A stretch of 30,456 bases of DNA, taken from a virus. Taxonomy: Duplodnaviria; Caudoviricetes. This document shows positions 7,242 through 17,066 of this stretch, piece by piece. The position numbers and the translations under genes were made by a program. Numbering within the stretch: position 1 is the first letter of the stretch; each line of letters begins with the position of its first letter. Location of the stretch: positions 1 to 30,456 of IMG/VR virus record IMGVR_UViG_3300049009_000227; one strand, 5' to 3'. The notes under the pieces are model-generated. The model had not been told where the DNA came from. It ran no database searches and saw only the letters and a program-made list of their open reading frames with translations.

Positions 7242-8270
7242 ATGGCAAATCTAACAGAACCCTCCTTCTCGTCTGGCAAGAGAGAAGAACTCGCTGACCT
7301 CATCGCTCTCGTTGATGCTAAGGACACCCCCTTCACCTCTATGGCGAAGAAGGGTAGCAAGCCTGGCAACACCCTTTTCAGATGGCAAGCCGACTCTCTG
7401 CCTACTCCTAAGCAGACTGGCACAGTCGATGGTACGGATGTCTCCGCTTATGACAACTATGTCAAGGACGGCTCGACAGTCTATCGCTCTGAACTCAGCA
7501 ACTACATCCAAATCTTCAGACGCTCCGTCCGTGTCTCTCCTCTCACACAGGATATCGCCACAGTCGCTGGTGTCCGTGACGAACTGGCTAACAATGTCGC
7601 TAAGGGCATTCAAGCCATCAAGCGTGACATGGAAGTCTCGATGTGCTCCAACAATGGTGCTCAAGCGGATAACGGCACACTCCCCTACCTCACCCGTGGT
7701 CTGAACAAGTGGCTCCAGCCTATCGCTACAAAGGATACTGTCCTTCCTGTTGCTGATGGTTTCTGCACACCCTCTGCCAATCGCTCCACAGTTGGTACTG
7801 CCAACCTCACGGAAGCCGTTGTCCAGAATATCCTCACAGGTATCTACTCCCAGACTGGTCAATACAAGGATTATGACGCTCTCGTTGGCACAGCCCTCAA
7901 GAGAGCCTTCACGAACCTCGTCTTCACGACCTCGCAGGGTACAGGCACAGCCCCGATGACATCCATCCGCACACTTAATCGTGAAGCGGACTCGACTGCT
8001 TACATTTCCTCCGTGGATGTGTTTGAAGGCGATTTCGGTAAGTTACGCCTCCACCCCTCCCACTACCTCAACGCTACCGCTGGTGTTGGCTCGACCTTCG
8101 CTGGTTTTGTCATCCCCTTCGACCAAGTTGAAGTGCGTTATGGTGGCAATGTCGCTGGTGTGACTTCCCTGCCTAACAATGGTGGTGGTGAAGCCCGTAT
8201 GATTGAAGCGGTTGCTGGACTCTGCGTCTACAACCCCCTCGCCTTCGGTGTCTTCGACTTCACAGCCTAA
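7242..8270 (+). CDS. Major capsid protein (DUF5309 / SU10-like HK97 fold)
   Basis: 342 aa; REELADLI...DTPFTSM...FRWQADSL and NYIQIFRRSVRVS, AIKRDME motifs characteristic of this family; strong C-ending codon bias; tandem TAA TAA stop. Confidence 0.9.
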   Translation: MANLTEPSFSSGKREELADLIALVDAKDTPFTSMAKKGSKPGNTLFRWQADSLPTPKQTGTVDGTDVSAYDNYVKDGSTVYRSELSNYIQIFRRSVRVSPLTQDIATVAGVRDELANNVAKGIQAIKRDMEVSMCSNNGAQADNGTLPYLTRGLNKWLQPIATKDTVLPVADGFCTPSANRSTVGTANLTEAVVQNILTGIYSQTGQYKDYDALVGTALKRAFTNLVFTTSQGTGTAPMTSIRTLNREADSTAYISSVDVFEGDFGKLRLHPSHYLNATAGVGSTFAGFVIPFDQVEVRYGGNVAGVTSLPNNGGGEARMIEAVAGLCVYNPLAFGVFDFTA

Positions 8271-8278
8271 TAACTGAG

Positions 8279-8641
8279 GTGTCAGACATAATCCAAAGTC
8301 TGGCTGATGCAATCCCCTCCCACCTTCGCAAGAGGGTGGAGAGGGAACTCATCAATGGCTGGAGAATGGATGAAGTCAAAGCCAAGAGCACAGCGAAGCA
8401 ATCCGCTGTTTTTCGACACTCTAACGAGGCTAATAACATCGAAGGAGTTGGTCGGTTGAAAGCACAGATTCCTATTCAAGCGTGGCACTACTGGGGTCAG
8501 CGTCTTGGGTACGAGTGCTGGGAAGACAATGCATTCCTAAACGAATTCCTACGGGACAACCCAGAAACTGCCGTTACCAATTATGCCAAGCGTACTTGTG
8601 TTAACGGCACAATCTTTACAGCGGACGGATATCTCACCTAA
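8279..8641 (+). CDS. Conserved hypothetical protein downstream of capsid
   Basis: 120 aa, GTG start; IP...WHYW...CWED...FLRDNPE pattern of the small gene that commonly follows this capsid type. Confidence 0.75.
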   Translation: MSDIIQSLADAIPSHLRKRVERELINGWRMDEVKAKSTAKQSAVFRHSNEANNIEGVGRLKAQIPIQAWHYWGQRLGYECWEDNAFLNEFLRDNPETAVTNYAKRTCVNGTIFTADGYLT

Positions 8642-9408
8642 TGAGAACAGCAAACTATTCACAAATTCTATTTGACGCTCTCCAGTATTCTGGAAACGAC
8701 AGACATAATATCACGCATGAGACCTTCTCTCAATTTCGTGACTTCAGTTCTTCTAGGATTCGTGAGGCTTGGGAGTCTAACCAATGGGCAGATATCTGCC
8801 GACTGGTGCAATTCACAACGACAACGGATATCAATGGCGTGTCTTCCTTCACGCCCGTTACAGAGGCTGATGAGATTCTTGGTGTGTTCTCTAAGAACCC
8901 GCAGGAAACGACAAAGGCTGTGCAGTTGGCGTATCAGATATACGACAGCGGTACGGAGCGAAAAGTAATAGTTGGCAATGGCGTTAGTGATGGATATTGC
9001 CTTTATCGCAAGGACTGCATAGAACTCAATGGAGACCTCTACAGCCCAACAGTAGTCTACTACCAAGATGTCCAAGTCTATTTTGACTCTGGCTCTGGTA
9101 CAGGCTCTTATGTTCCAGTTCTGGGAAAACCCCATGCTGGCAATTTCTATATCTGTACTGTGGCTTCCACAACAGCAGGTCAAAATCCGAATACTCACCC
9201 TAATTACTGGACAAAGATAGATATTCCATATATCTTCTCTTCATTCATGTCTTGGGGTTCTTCCGCTAATTGGCTTGTCTCTGAAGGTCAGATTCAAGAA
9301 GCGGCTACTATCGAGGCTAAGGCTCAACAAGTCCTTGAGCAAGAGTACGACAAGTTCCTGCGTCAACAGGGACAGTTCGGTAAAATCAACATGACAAACA
9401 CTTACTAA
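8641..9408 (+). CDS. Probable head-tail adaptor (tail tubular protein A-like)
   Basis: 255 aa, TAATG-coupled; helical N- and C-termini (IREAWESNQW; IPYIF...QQGQ) around a beta core; position fits. Confidence 0.6.
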   Translation: MRTANYSQILFDALQYSGNDRHNITHETFSQFRDFSSSRIREAWESNQWADICRLVQFTTTTDINGVSSFTPVTEADEILGVFSKNPQETTKAVQLAYQIYDSGTERKVIVGNGVSDGYCLYRKDCIELNGDLYSPTVVYYQDVQVYFDSGSGTGSYVPVLGKPHAGNFYICTVASTTAGQNPNTHPNYWTKIDIPYIFSSFMSWGSSANWLVSEGQIQEAATIEAKAQQVLEQEYDKFLRQQGQFGKINMTNTY

Positions 9409-9412
9409 TACA

Positions 9413-9718
9413 ATGGCATCTCCTAACTTCGTCTTCACCCAGCCTTTTATCAGAGGCTTTACACATCAGACAACCAGCGTTGGTCTTACTGACACGCTCC
9501 TTCTTGATGCCGCTGTGACTCCTATCCGTAGAGTCAAAGTCATCATCCAGAATCAGTCTGCTACGGCTATCATCACAGTCCGCTTTGACTCTGTTACTGG
9601 CGTTGGTCTTACCATCCAGCCTAACCAGAACATCACGCTTGATAACTTTAACGGACACATCCGTTGCATTTCTAATACAGCCGCAACTAATGTCCACATT
9701 GCTTACGCTGTTTGCTAA
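9413..9718 (+). CDS. Small all-beta virion protein (hypothetical)
   Basis: 101 aa, Thr/Val/Ile-rich; VIIQNQS...GLTIQPNQNITL pattern. Confidence 0.7.
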   Translation: MASPNFVFTQPFIRGFTHQTTSVGLTDTLLLDAAVTPIRRVKVIIQNQSATAIITVRFDSVTGVGLTIQPNQNITLDNFNGHIRCISNTAATNVHIAYAVC

Positions 9719-9719
9719 T

Positions 9720-9827
9720 ATGGTTATCTTATTCTTATCTGGAATCGCCTTTTTAGGTGGTCTCTATGTTGGTGTTCGCTGGTCTGAAAAACTCAAGGAA
9801 ATTTGGTACTCCATTGTTTCTAAGTAA
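9720..9827 (+). CDS. Small single-TM membrane protein (35 aa)
   Basis: ATG 9720: MVILFLSGIAFLGGLYVGVRWSEKLKEIWYSIVSK; fills the gap exactly and is TAATG-coupled to the next gene. Confidence 0.65.
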   Translation: MVILFLSGIAFLGGLYVGVRWSEKLKEIWYSIVSK

Positions 9828-11437
9828 TGCCTAATGAATACCAGAAGGATGGAGACATAGCGTTTGTCGGGCTTAACAGCCGTGATAATCCTAATGCTTT
9901 GTCTACTGGATTTGTTAGTCAGTCTGAGAATTTTAGATTAGATAGAGGCATTGCAACTGTCCGAAAGGGGATGCAACGCAAGACTATTGGTGCTTTGATT
10001 GGTCAAACTATTTATGGTGTTGGTACTTACATAAATAGCACAGGACAGGAAATTATAATCTGTGTTCTAACTGATGGATTATACACATACAATCCTCAGT
10101 CTGAATCGCTTTCTTCTAAGATTAATTTTCCGTCTGGAGAGACGATTACTACACAAGATGGTTGTGATGTTGTTACGGCTATAGACAAGGTATATATTAG
10201 TCGTGGATGGTCTAATCGTCCTCTTGTTTGGGATTTAGGAGTTTCAATAACAACATTACCTATATCTCCGTCTTCTGGTCATAAATTCCCAAATTGCACG
10301 GGTATGCTATACTATGCCAATCGTATGATTGCATTAGGAAAGCATCACGCTGAAACAAATACACTTCGTAATTACGATACAATTTCAGTTAGTAATTTCC
10401 TAGATTTTACAGAATGGGATGCTGTTGATGCTTTCACGGTCAACAATGGAAGCAATGACCAAGTTGTTGGTGTTGCACCGTGGACTTTAAATGAGTTCTT
10501 GGTGTTCATGCGTAACAGCATTTTCTACATCAATACTGGAAATGACAGATATGCCTCTGGAGATGGGCTTTCAGCCACCTCATACATCAAGACGCTTGCT
10601 ACTGACATAGGTTGTTCTGCCAGAAAGTCAGTCGTACAGGCTGGTGGAGGTGTATTCTTCCTTTCAGATAACGGTATATATTTCCTTCAACCTCAGCCAG
10701 CATCGGCTGAGTCTATGAAATTGCTGACGATGTCAGACCCTATCTCAGCACCTATTGACGATGTCATTCAGCGTATTAATCGCACCTATGCTTATCGTGC
10801 AGTTGCTTCCTATTGGAACAACAGGTACTATCTTGCAGTACCGCTTGATTCCTCTGTCGATAACAATGCTATTTTGGTATATAACTTTATTTTAAAACAA
10901 TGGGAATCTGTTGATACATTCCCTGCTGGTTTTGATGTGTTTGATTTCTTGGTTGCTAAAAAAGATAACCAAAGACGCCTATATGGAGTCGATACTGACA
11001 AGGGCATATTCTTGATGGAGCAGTTAAACTGGGATGAATACAATGAGTCTGCTGGCACTCCTATTCTTCCATTCTATCTTCCAGACACACTTAATGCTCT
11101 TTCATTTACTCCTAGTCCTATTATTGCAGTTTTAAAAACTCGCAGATACGGATTCAATACAATGCAGGACAAGAGATTCAGTTCTTGTGAAATGGAATTG
11201 ATAGCAGATGCTGGTTCTCAAATTACAACGGTAGCAGAAGTATTTAATCCAGATATAACCTATACTGTTGATGTGTTTGGTTCTGAATTTACTGAAGACT
11301 CTGTCCGAAGAAATGGAATCAGAAAGATTGGAACTGGGATACAGTTCACTTATACATCTACAAATTTAAGACCTTCAATCCGTTCTTCCTCCGTGTATGC
11401 AACGGTACAGAAGCCTACTAACAATTCTAAACAATAA
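9827..11437 (+). CDS. Probable tail nozzle / DNA stabilisation protein (tail tubular B / P22 gp10-like beta-propeller)
   Basis: 536 aa, beta-rich; F-x-GLNSR N-terminus, IGC...SVVQAGGGVFFLSDNGIY, NRYYLAVP, ILVYNF...WESVD motifs. Confidence 0.75.
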   Translation: MPNEYQKDGDIAFVGLNSRDNPNALSTGFVSQSENFRLDRGIATVRKGMQRKTIGALIGQTIYGVGTYINSTGQEIIICVLTDGLYTYNPQSESLSSKINFPSGETITTQDGCDVVTAIDKVYISRGWSNRPLVWDLGVSITTLPISPSSGHKFPNCTGMLYYANRMIALGKHHAETNTLRNYDTISVSNFLDFTEWDAVDAFTVNNGSNDQVVGVAPWTLNEFLVFMRNSIFYINTGNDRYASGDGLSATSYIKTLATDIGCSARKSVVQAGGGVFFLSDNGIYFLQPQPASAESMKLLTMSDPISAPIDDVIQRINRTYAYRAVASYWNNRYYLAVPLDSSVDNNAILVYNFILKQWESVDTFPAGFDVFDFLVAKKDNQRRLYGVDTDKGIFLMEQLNWDEYNESAGTPILPFYLPDTLNALSFTPSPIIAVLKTRRYGFNTMQDKRFSSCEMELIADAGSQITTVAEVFNPDITYTVDVFGSEFTEDSVRRNGIRKIGTGIQFTYTSTNLRPSIRSSSVYATVQKPTNNSKQ

Positions 11438-11439
11438 CA

Positions 11440-12507
11440 ATGGCTCAATTTTCTAAAGGCGATACTTTCACAAACGGGGAACAGGTAACTGGTGCTCGTT
11501 TAAACCAACTTGTTGACTCTGCTACCCTACTTGCTGGGGCAATCACCGACCAAACAAACATAACGGCTGGAACAGTTGCGTCTAACGACTCGATGCTTCT
11601 CTACGACTTGTCTGCTACGGCTCTTCGTGAAGCGGCTGTATCTGACATCATTGGTTCTAATCTTCCTATTGTTTCCTCTTCCATTGCTGGTGGTGCTAAT
11701 AGCGATATCTTAATTACTCCTAATGACGGCACTATTGTCAGCGGTGTTTCTTATACTTCTGCGGATGGTCTTACTGTAACAGTTACATCTACTGGTCATA
11801 TTCTTACAGTTGGACAGGTTATCTTGATTACAGGTGCTGGAACAGGCTATAACGGCACATTCAGAGTTGCTACAACGCTTGCTAATTCTTTCACATATGT
11901 GATGACAACAGCGGCTACCGCTGGCTCTGGAACCCTTTCATATACAAAAAAGGGTCTTACTAAGGTTGCTGGAAATGAAACAGTTGCTGGAAATCTGTAT
12001 GTTGATGGAAATCAATCTTCAACTGGCACACTTGATGTAGTTGGTGCTACAAAGATAACTGGCAATACAACGGTTGTTGGTAACCTTTCAGTATCTGGAA
12101 CTACAACTCTTACTGGAATTCCTACAGCACCTACAGCCACAGCCCTTACAAATACCACACAAATTGCTACAACTGCATTTGTTCGTGCTGATAATAACAT
12201 TAAGGCTTGGGTTAATTATAACAACACAGCGGCTACGCTTACTATCAGAGGTTCGTATAATGTTACTAGCGTGACAGATAATGCTGTTGGAGATGCTACA
12301 GTTAACTTCACGACAGCACTTGCTTCTGCTAATTATGCCGCTTGTGCCACGCATTCTTCTGATGCGGCAACATCAAATCCCCAGTCAGTTTCACACTCTC
12401 TTGATTTTACAACTTCAAGTGTTCGTATCAGAAACATTTTCATACCTGCTGGAAGCGGACTTACATATATTGATTCCCTTTACAACTCTGTTATAATTTC
12501 CCAATGA
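11440..12507 (+). CDS. Tail fibre / receptor-binding protein
   Basis: 355 aa, Thr/Gly/Ala/Ser-rich; VTGARLN anchor, VTVTSTGH...GYNGTF domain, fibre motif PTAPTA...NTTQIATTAFV, tip IKAWVN...SYNVTSVTDN. Confidence 0.8.
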   Translation: MAQFSKGDTFTNGEQVTGARLNQLVDSATLLAGAITDQTNITAGTVASNDSMLLYDLSATALREAAVSDIIGSNLPIVSSSIAGGANSDILITPNDGTIVSGVSYTSADGLTVTVTSTGHILTVGQVILITGAGTGYNGTFRVATTLANSFTYVMTTAATAGSGTLSYTKKGLTKVAGNETVAGNLYVDGNQSSTGTLDVVGATKITGNTTVVGNLSVSGTTTLTGIPTAPTATALTNTTQIATTAFVRADNNIKAWVNYNNTAATLTIRGSYNVTSVTDNAVGDATVNFTTALASANYAACATHSSDAATSNPQSVSHSLDFTTSSVRIRNIFIPAGSGLTYIDSLYNSVIISQ

Positions 12508-12698
12508 GCAATAAAATCATCATTTACCCCAACTCTGAAGGTGGAGTTGCTATCATTGTTCCCGTCATTGATTGTGGACTTACAATTGAGCAAGTTGCTC
12601 AAAAGGATGTTCCTGCTGGAGTTCAGTTCAAGATTATTGATGCTTCTGAACTTCCTTCTGACCGCACTTTCCGTAACGCTTGGGAATTCACCACATGA
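12504..12698 (+). CDS. Tail fibre assembly-associated protein, part 1
   Basis: 64 aa, ATGA-coupled to fibre; GVAIIVP...KDVP...LPSDRTFRNAW motif. Confidence 0.7.
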   Translation: MSNKIIIYPNSEGGVAIIVPVIDCGLTIEQVAQKDVPAGVQFKIIDASELPSDRTFRNAWEFTT

Positions 12699-12934
12699 GT
12701 ATCAGAATTAACATATCAAAGGCTAAGGATATCAAGTTAGACCAGTTTAGACTTGAGCGTCAGCCTCGTCTTGAGGCTCTTGATTTAGCCTATATCAGAG
12801 CACTTGAATCTGGAGATATCGAGGAGCAAGAGCGTATTAAGTCTGAAAAGAAGGCTTTACGAGATGTTACCAAGATTGTTCTTCCAGATGACATCAACGG
12901 GCTTAAGAACTTTAAGCCAGACATCTTGAAGTGA
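12695..12934 (+). CDS. Tail fibre assembly chaperone-like protein, part 2
   Basis: Start re-called at ATG 12695 (ATGA overlap); R-x-x-R-x-x-x-L-x-x-x-D...KKALRDVT...P chaperone pattern. Confidence 0.7.
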   Translation: MSIRINISKAKDIKLDQFRLERQPRLEALDLAYIRALESGDIEEQERIKSEKKALRDVTKIVLPDDINGLKNFKPDILK

Positions 12935-12935
12935 T

Positions 12936-13367
12936 ATGCTACTTGCTGACATCATAACCTTTATCAAGAAGACCCAAGAAGAAAAGTCTACAAAGGCATT
13001 TCCTTGGGCTGATGATGAGTTAGGTCAGTATGTCAGTTGGGCATTTAGCAAGAATTGCCTGTTTCTTGAATCAGATGAAAAGGGTATAAACGGACTTCTT
13101 ATAGCCTATCCTGTAAATTGGGTCTTTACAAATGATGTAAAACACCTTCTTCCTACTGACGCTGAATTCACTCCAGAGCAGGAAAAGGAAAAGCATATAT
13201 CCATAATGGATGGAATATTCAAAACAACAGAAGCCAGAAAGAATATAACTTTAAAATTTATCAAGAGATTTCCCAACTGGAAGAACCAAGCAAAATGGGC
13301 TGTCCGCAAAGGAAATGTCACAGAACTTAACAACAGATACATCCAACTTACTGGAAACATACTTTAA
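12936..13367 (+). CDS. Hypothetical protein (T7 gp13-like position; possibly GNAT-like fold)
   Basis: 143 aa alpha/beta ORF coupled to the first ejection gene; fold guess rests on position and the ESDEKGINGLLIAYP hairpin only. Confidence 0.65.
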   Translation: MLLADIITFIKKTQEEKSTKAFPWADDELGQYVSWAFSKNCLFLESDEKGINGLLIAYPVNWVFTNDVKHLLPTDAEFTPEQEKEKHISIMDGIFKTTEARKNITLKFIKRFPNWKNQAKWAVRKGNVTELNNRYIQLTGNIL

Positions 13368-14395
13368 TGAATAAACTATTTACAATTCGTCTTGCTCCGA
13401 TTGGATTAATGCTTGGTGCTACCGCTGGAACTGCGGCTATGACTGGCGTTGCCGCTGTTGGAATGGGTGCTTCAATGCTTGGTGGCATAGGTAAAGGTGG
13501 TAGCACAAAGATTCAAGCCCCTGCCAATCGCTCATATTTGGGTGAGATGCAGGATGCCCTTAAGTCTCAAGGTCAAATCCAAGACCAGTTGCTTGGTCTG
13601 GAAAGTCAATATACACCACAGTACCAGCAACTTCAGCAACAAACCCTTATGGGTCAGATGGGTACTCTTCAGAGCCTCTACGGTGAGGCTATCCCTCAAT
13701 CTATGGCTCTACAGAGCCAGTATGCCCAAGCACAAGCCCCAATCTATGGACAGGTAGGTCAAATGGCTTCTCAAGCCTACCAGCAGACCTTAGACCCACA
13801 GACTAGAATGCTGGCGGCTCAGATGCAACAGAGTGCTATTAATGACTTAAATTATGGTCGTAATCTTAGCCCTCAGCAGGAACAGTACGCCCAACAGACG
13901 GCTAGACAGGCTATGGCGGCTAGAGGTCTTTCTGGAAATCAAGCGGTTGCTCAAGAGGTTATGAACTCTTATCAGATGCAGAACACCCGTGAAGATAGGG
14001 CTAGAACATATGCAAATAGCGTTTACCAAGGTGGCATTCAACAGGCTGGACAGGCTATGGGACTCTATGGTTCTCCCTTGCTTGCCAATATGAATACGAT
14101 TAGTCCTACTGGTCTTATTGCCCAAGGTCAAGCAATGCAACAGGGTCTTGGTGCTAAACTCTTTCAACCAGAATCCCAGTATAATGCTGGTGTCTATGGT
14201 GCTAACCAATCTAATCAATCTCAGACTCAGATTGCTAATGCTCAAATTGCGGCTGGTCAACAGTCTGGTATGATGTCTATGATTGGTCAACTTGGCGGTG
14301 CTTATCTTGGTAACCAAGGATTATTTGGAGGAAAGACTCCTCCTGCTCCTGTTAATACTTCTCTTACTTCCAACTGGGTAAGAGATGATGGTTAA
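13367..14395 (+). CDS. Internal virion / DNA ejection (pilot) protein
   Basis: 342 aa, Gln/Ala/Gly/Met-rich; hydrophobic Gly/Ala N-terminus ending GGIGKGGS; AARGL motif; C-terminal GMMSMIGQLGGA. Confidence 0.75.
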   Translation: MNKLFTIRLAPIGLMLGATAGTAAMTGVAAVGMGASMLGGIGKGGSTKIQAPANRSYLGEMQDALKSQGQIQDQLLGLESQYTPQYQQLQQQTLMGQMGTLQSLYGEAIPQSMALQSQYAQAQAPIYGQVGQMASQAYQQTLDPQTRMLAAQMQQSAINDLNYGRNLSPQQEQYAQQTARQAMAARGLSGNQAVAQEVMNSYQMQNTREDRARTYANSVYQGGIQQAGQAMGLYGSPLLANMNTISPTGLIAQGQAMQQGLGAKLFQPESQYNAGVYGANQSNQSQTQIANAQIAAGQQSGMMSMIGQLGGAYLGNQGLFGGKTPPAPVNTSLTSNWVRDDG

Positions 14396-14406
14396 TAACT
14401 AAATTT

Positions 14407-17028
14407 ATGGCTTCTTCTTTCCAACAATATACGCAAGGCATTCAAGGGGTTCAAGGAATCTCTGAGGCTGGTGCGAACATAGGCAAGATGACCCAGCAGG
14501 GTCTTGCTTCCTTTGGCGATTCTATCGGCAAGGGAATTCAGATGTACAATGAGAATGCGGCTAAGGATGAACTGTTAACAGAAAAGGCTAAAGCATTAGG
14601 TACACAAATTCAGCAGTATGCGGCTCAGTTCGGAAACAGTCCAGAACACGCTGAATTCACAAAGTCATTACAACCCTATATTGAGCAACTTGCTAAAGTT
14701 CCTTCTCAGTCCCTGTCTCAAAAGATGGGTACTGTTACTGGTGTTGAAGCCGCTTTCAAGGACATAGGTCAGAACTTACAGGCATTTGAAATAATGCGTA
14801 AGGAGAAGTTAAATCGTGATTTCTGGGATGCTAAGAATACTACACCTCTCAAGGATATCGTTACAGACCCTGTTATGATTGCTAAGGGTCAAGCCCCTTG
14901 GTCTGACAGAAAGACATATGACCAGAACATTGCTGACTTCCGTCAACTCGCTCAGAACGCTGTAGACAATACAGGTGCGGCTATTGACATCAACAAGGCT
15001 ACCGAACTGTACAAAGAAAGCATCAAGAAAACAGTCAAGACTGGTCGTGATATTAAGGGAAGACCTATTGCTCCAGAAACTCTTGCGGCTCTTAATGACC
15101 AGATTGCAAAGGCTGAAGGTTATGCGGCTAATGAACAAACAACTGATGGAGTCACAGACTATTCTAAGGAATCAGACCTATATGATTCTCTCTCTAAGTC
15201 TGCAAGTGATGTCGTTAAGGAAAAGAAAGCACAAGCGGCTAGTGACCCTACAAACCCTGCAAACCTTAATGCAGATACTGTTGAAAGATGGAGCAAGCAG
15301 TCAGCCGCCGCTACAGATGCTATTAGAGCATTAACTGGTCAATTCAAAGGACAGAAACCTAAGCGTGAAGAGTTCACGGGTAAACAGATTGAAAAGATGG
15401 CAATTGATGCCAAGGACAACTACTATCAATTCGTAGGTAAAAACTTTGACCAAGTTCAAAAGGATGACGGCACTACAGTTTACATCAGAAAAGGACAAAT
15501 TAAACTTAAAAACTATGATTTGGGTGGTCACGAAATTGACGAAACTCCAGAAGTTGCCAAGAAGTATCTTCCTTTCTATGAAGCAAAGAAGAAGGAAGCC
15601 GACCTTGCCATCGAAAGAATTGGAAGAAACGAACAAGCAAAGTCTGAATTAACCAATATTGAATCTCTGCTGGCACAAGCAGATGAACGCATTGCAAGAG
15701 GAGACAATGTTTCCAGAGGATGGATGTCTAAGACTGAAGACATCATTGAATCTGGAGTATTAGATGGTTTAAATAAATACGGATTACAAGAACTTGCTCA
15801 ACTTTCTATTCACCAAGGAAGATACAAGAATATCACTCCAGAAGTTGCTAGAGAGATGATTAGGGAAGTTAACAAGGACTCAATGGGCGAGATGGCTATG
15901 CTTGGAGCATCTATTCTTCCTCAGCCATCTGCTGTTACATTTGGTATTGTTGATAGAGCCAGAGATTTAACAGACGAAGAAAAGAGAAACATTGCTGACG
16001 CATTTACGACATTCCGTTCCAAAGATAAGATTACTAGAGCCGAAAAGTCTGGTGATGCCGAATACCTCAAGGAAGAACTTCTCAAGAGAAAGGGTCTTCT
16101 TGAAAGCCAACTTACTACAGGAAAGGAAGCACCTACGGCTGGAGAAGTATCTGTTTCTGCACAAAAGGCTAAAGTCGAAGCCGCTAAGACGGCTCAAGCA
16201 GATACAGAAACACTTCTTGGTGTTGATAGAAATCTTGTTGTTGGAACTAAGCAGAGAGAAGTTGCTATGTCAGTTGACAGACAAGAAAAGGCTATGGCTG
16301 GATTCTTCCAGAAGAAATATGGCTATGTCCCTGCTGGCTTTAGCGAGGCTTTTAAGGCTAATACGCCCGAAGCCAACTTCAAGACAATGGAAACCCCGTA
16401 TGGGGCATTTATGTACGATGGCAAGACATGGACTCAAATCAAGACTGGAACGCCTCTTACAGCCAAGGAAGCGGGTGAAAATGCCGCCTACAGATTTAGC
16501 AACCCAGATGGTACGCCCAAGGAGTTTGCCAATTCTGGTGTTTTCCTGTCTGGTAACTTTGAAGGCACGACTACAGAACTTGCTAAGTTCAGAACTGAAT
16601 ACCGAAGCCTTGCCCATTCTGAAAAGTCTATTGAAAGACTGATTGAGATTAACGATATGTTTGGTGAAGGATTTAGCCCTTCCCTTAGAGGTGAGGCTAA
16701 GGCTCTTCTCCCTGCTATTAAGGCGGCTCTTAGAAATGAAATTATTGGTGTGGGTACTGTTTCTAACTATGAACAGGAACTTATCAATGATGTTGTTGCT
16801 GGTGCTACTGACATCTGGTCGCTTGAATCTTCTGACAGAGCCAAACTCATGGTTATTCTTAATCGTGTTAAAGACTCTATCCAAGATGTTCCTGCTATAT
16901 ATGGTCTTACAGTCCACAGGCAAGGAAACAGCAGAAATGTTGAGGGTGCTCTTCGTGAGCGTCTCCAAAATGCTGGTGGAATTAGTGCTAGAGAACAGGC
17001 ATATAATGCCGCCCATCCTAATAAGTAA
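14407..17028 (+). CDS. Internal virion / ejection protein (873 aa)
   Basis: Long helical ORF between pilot protein and giant protein; Gly/Gln amphipathic N-terminus, C-terminal GTVSNYE motif. Confidence 0.7.
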   Translation: MASSFQQYTQGIQGVQGISEAGANIGKMTQQGLASFGDSIGKGIQMYNENAAKDELLTEKAKALGTQIQQYAAQFGNSPEHAEFTKSLQPYIEQLAKVPSQSLSQKMGTVTGVEAAFKDIGQNLQAFEIMRKEKLNRDFWDAKNTTPLKDIVTDPVMIAKGQAPWSDRKTYDQNIADFRQLAQNAVDNTGAAIDINKATELYKESIKKTVKTGRDIKGRPIAPETLAALNDQIAKAEGYAANEQTTDGVTDYSKESDLYDSLSKSASDVVKEKKAQAASDPTNPANLNADTVERWSKQSAAATDAIRALTGQFKGQKPKREEFTGKQIEKMAIDAKDNYYQFVGKNFDQVQKDDGTTVYIRKGQIKLKNYDLGGHEIDETPEVAKKYLPFYEAKKKEADLAIERIGRNEQAKSELTNIESLLAQADERIARGDNVSRGWMSKTEDIIESGVLDGLNKYGLQELAQLSIHQGRYKNITPEVAREMIREVNKDSMGEMAMLGASILPQPSAVTFGIVDRARDLTDEEKRNIADAFTTFRSKDKITRAEKSGDAEYLKEELLKRKGLLESQLTTGKEAPTAGEVSVSAQKAKVEAAKTAQADTETLLGVDRNLVVGTKQREVAMSVDRQEKAMAGFFQKKYGYVPAGFSEAFKANTPEANFKTMETPYGAFMYDGKTWTQIKTGTPLTAKEAGENAAYRFSNPDGTPKEFANSGVFLSGNFEGTTTELAKFRTEYRSLAHSEKSIERLIEINDMFGEGFSPSLRGEAKALLPAIKAALRNEIIGVGTVSNYEQELINDVVAGATDIWSLESSDRAKLMVILNRVKDSIQDVPAIYGLTVHRQGNSRNVEGALRERLQNAGGISAREQAYNAAHPNK

Positions 17029-17066
17029 TTGCTCGACATTCCTAAACAATAACATAATAAACCATT

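Noticed and set aside
7251-7862. 203-aa antisense ORF over the capsid gene (likewise 6405..6959, 16270..17055, 17547..18194)
   Set aside because: Shadow ORFs expected from sense-strand codon bias; no protein-like features.
8260-8285. Capsid C-terminal extension by frameshift or readthrough
   Set aside because: Tandem TAA TAA stop and no slippery heptamer.
11440-12507. Diversity-generating retroelement target in the tail fibre
   Set aside because: No reverse transcriptase or template repeat seen in the window.
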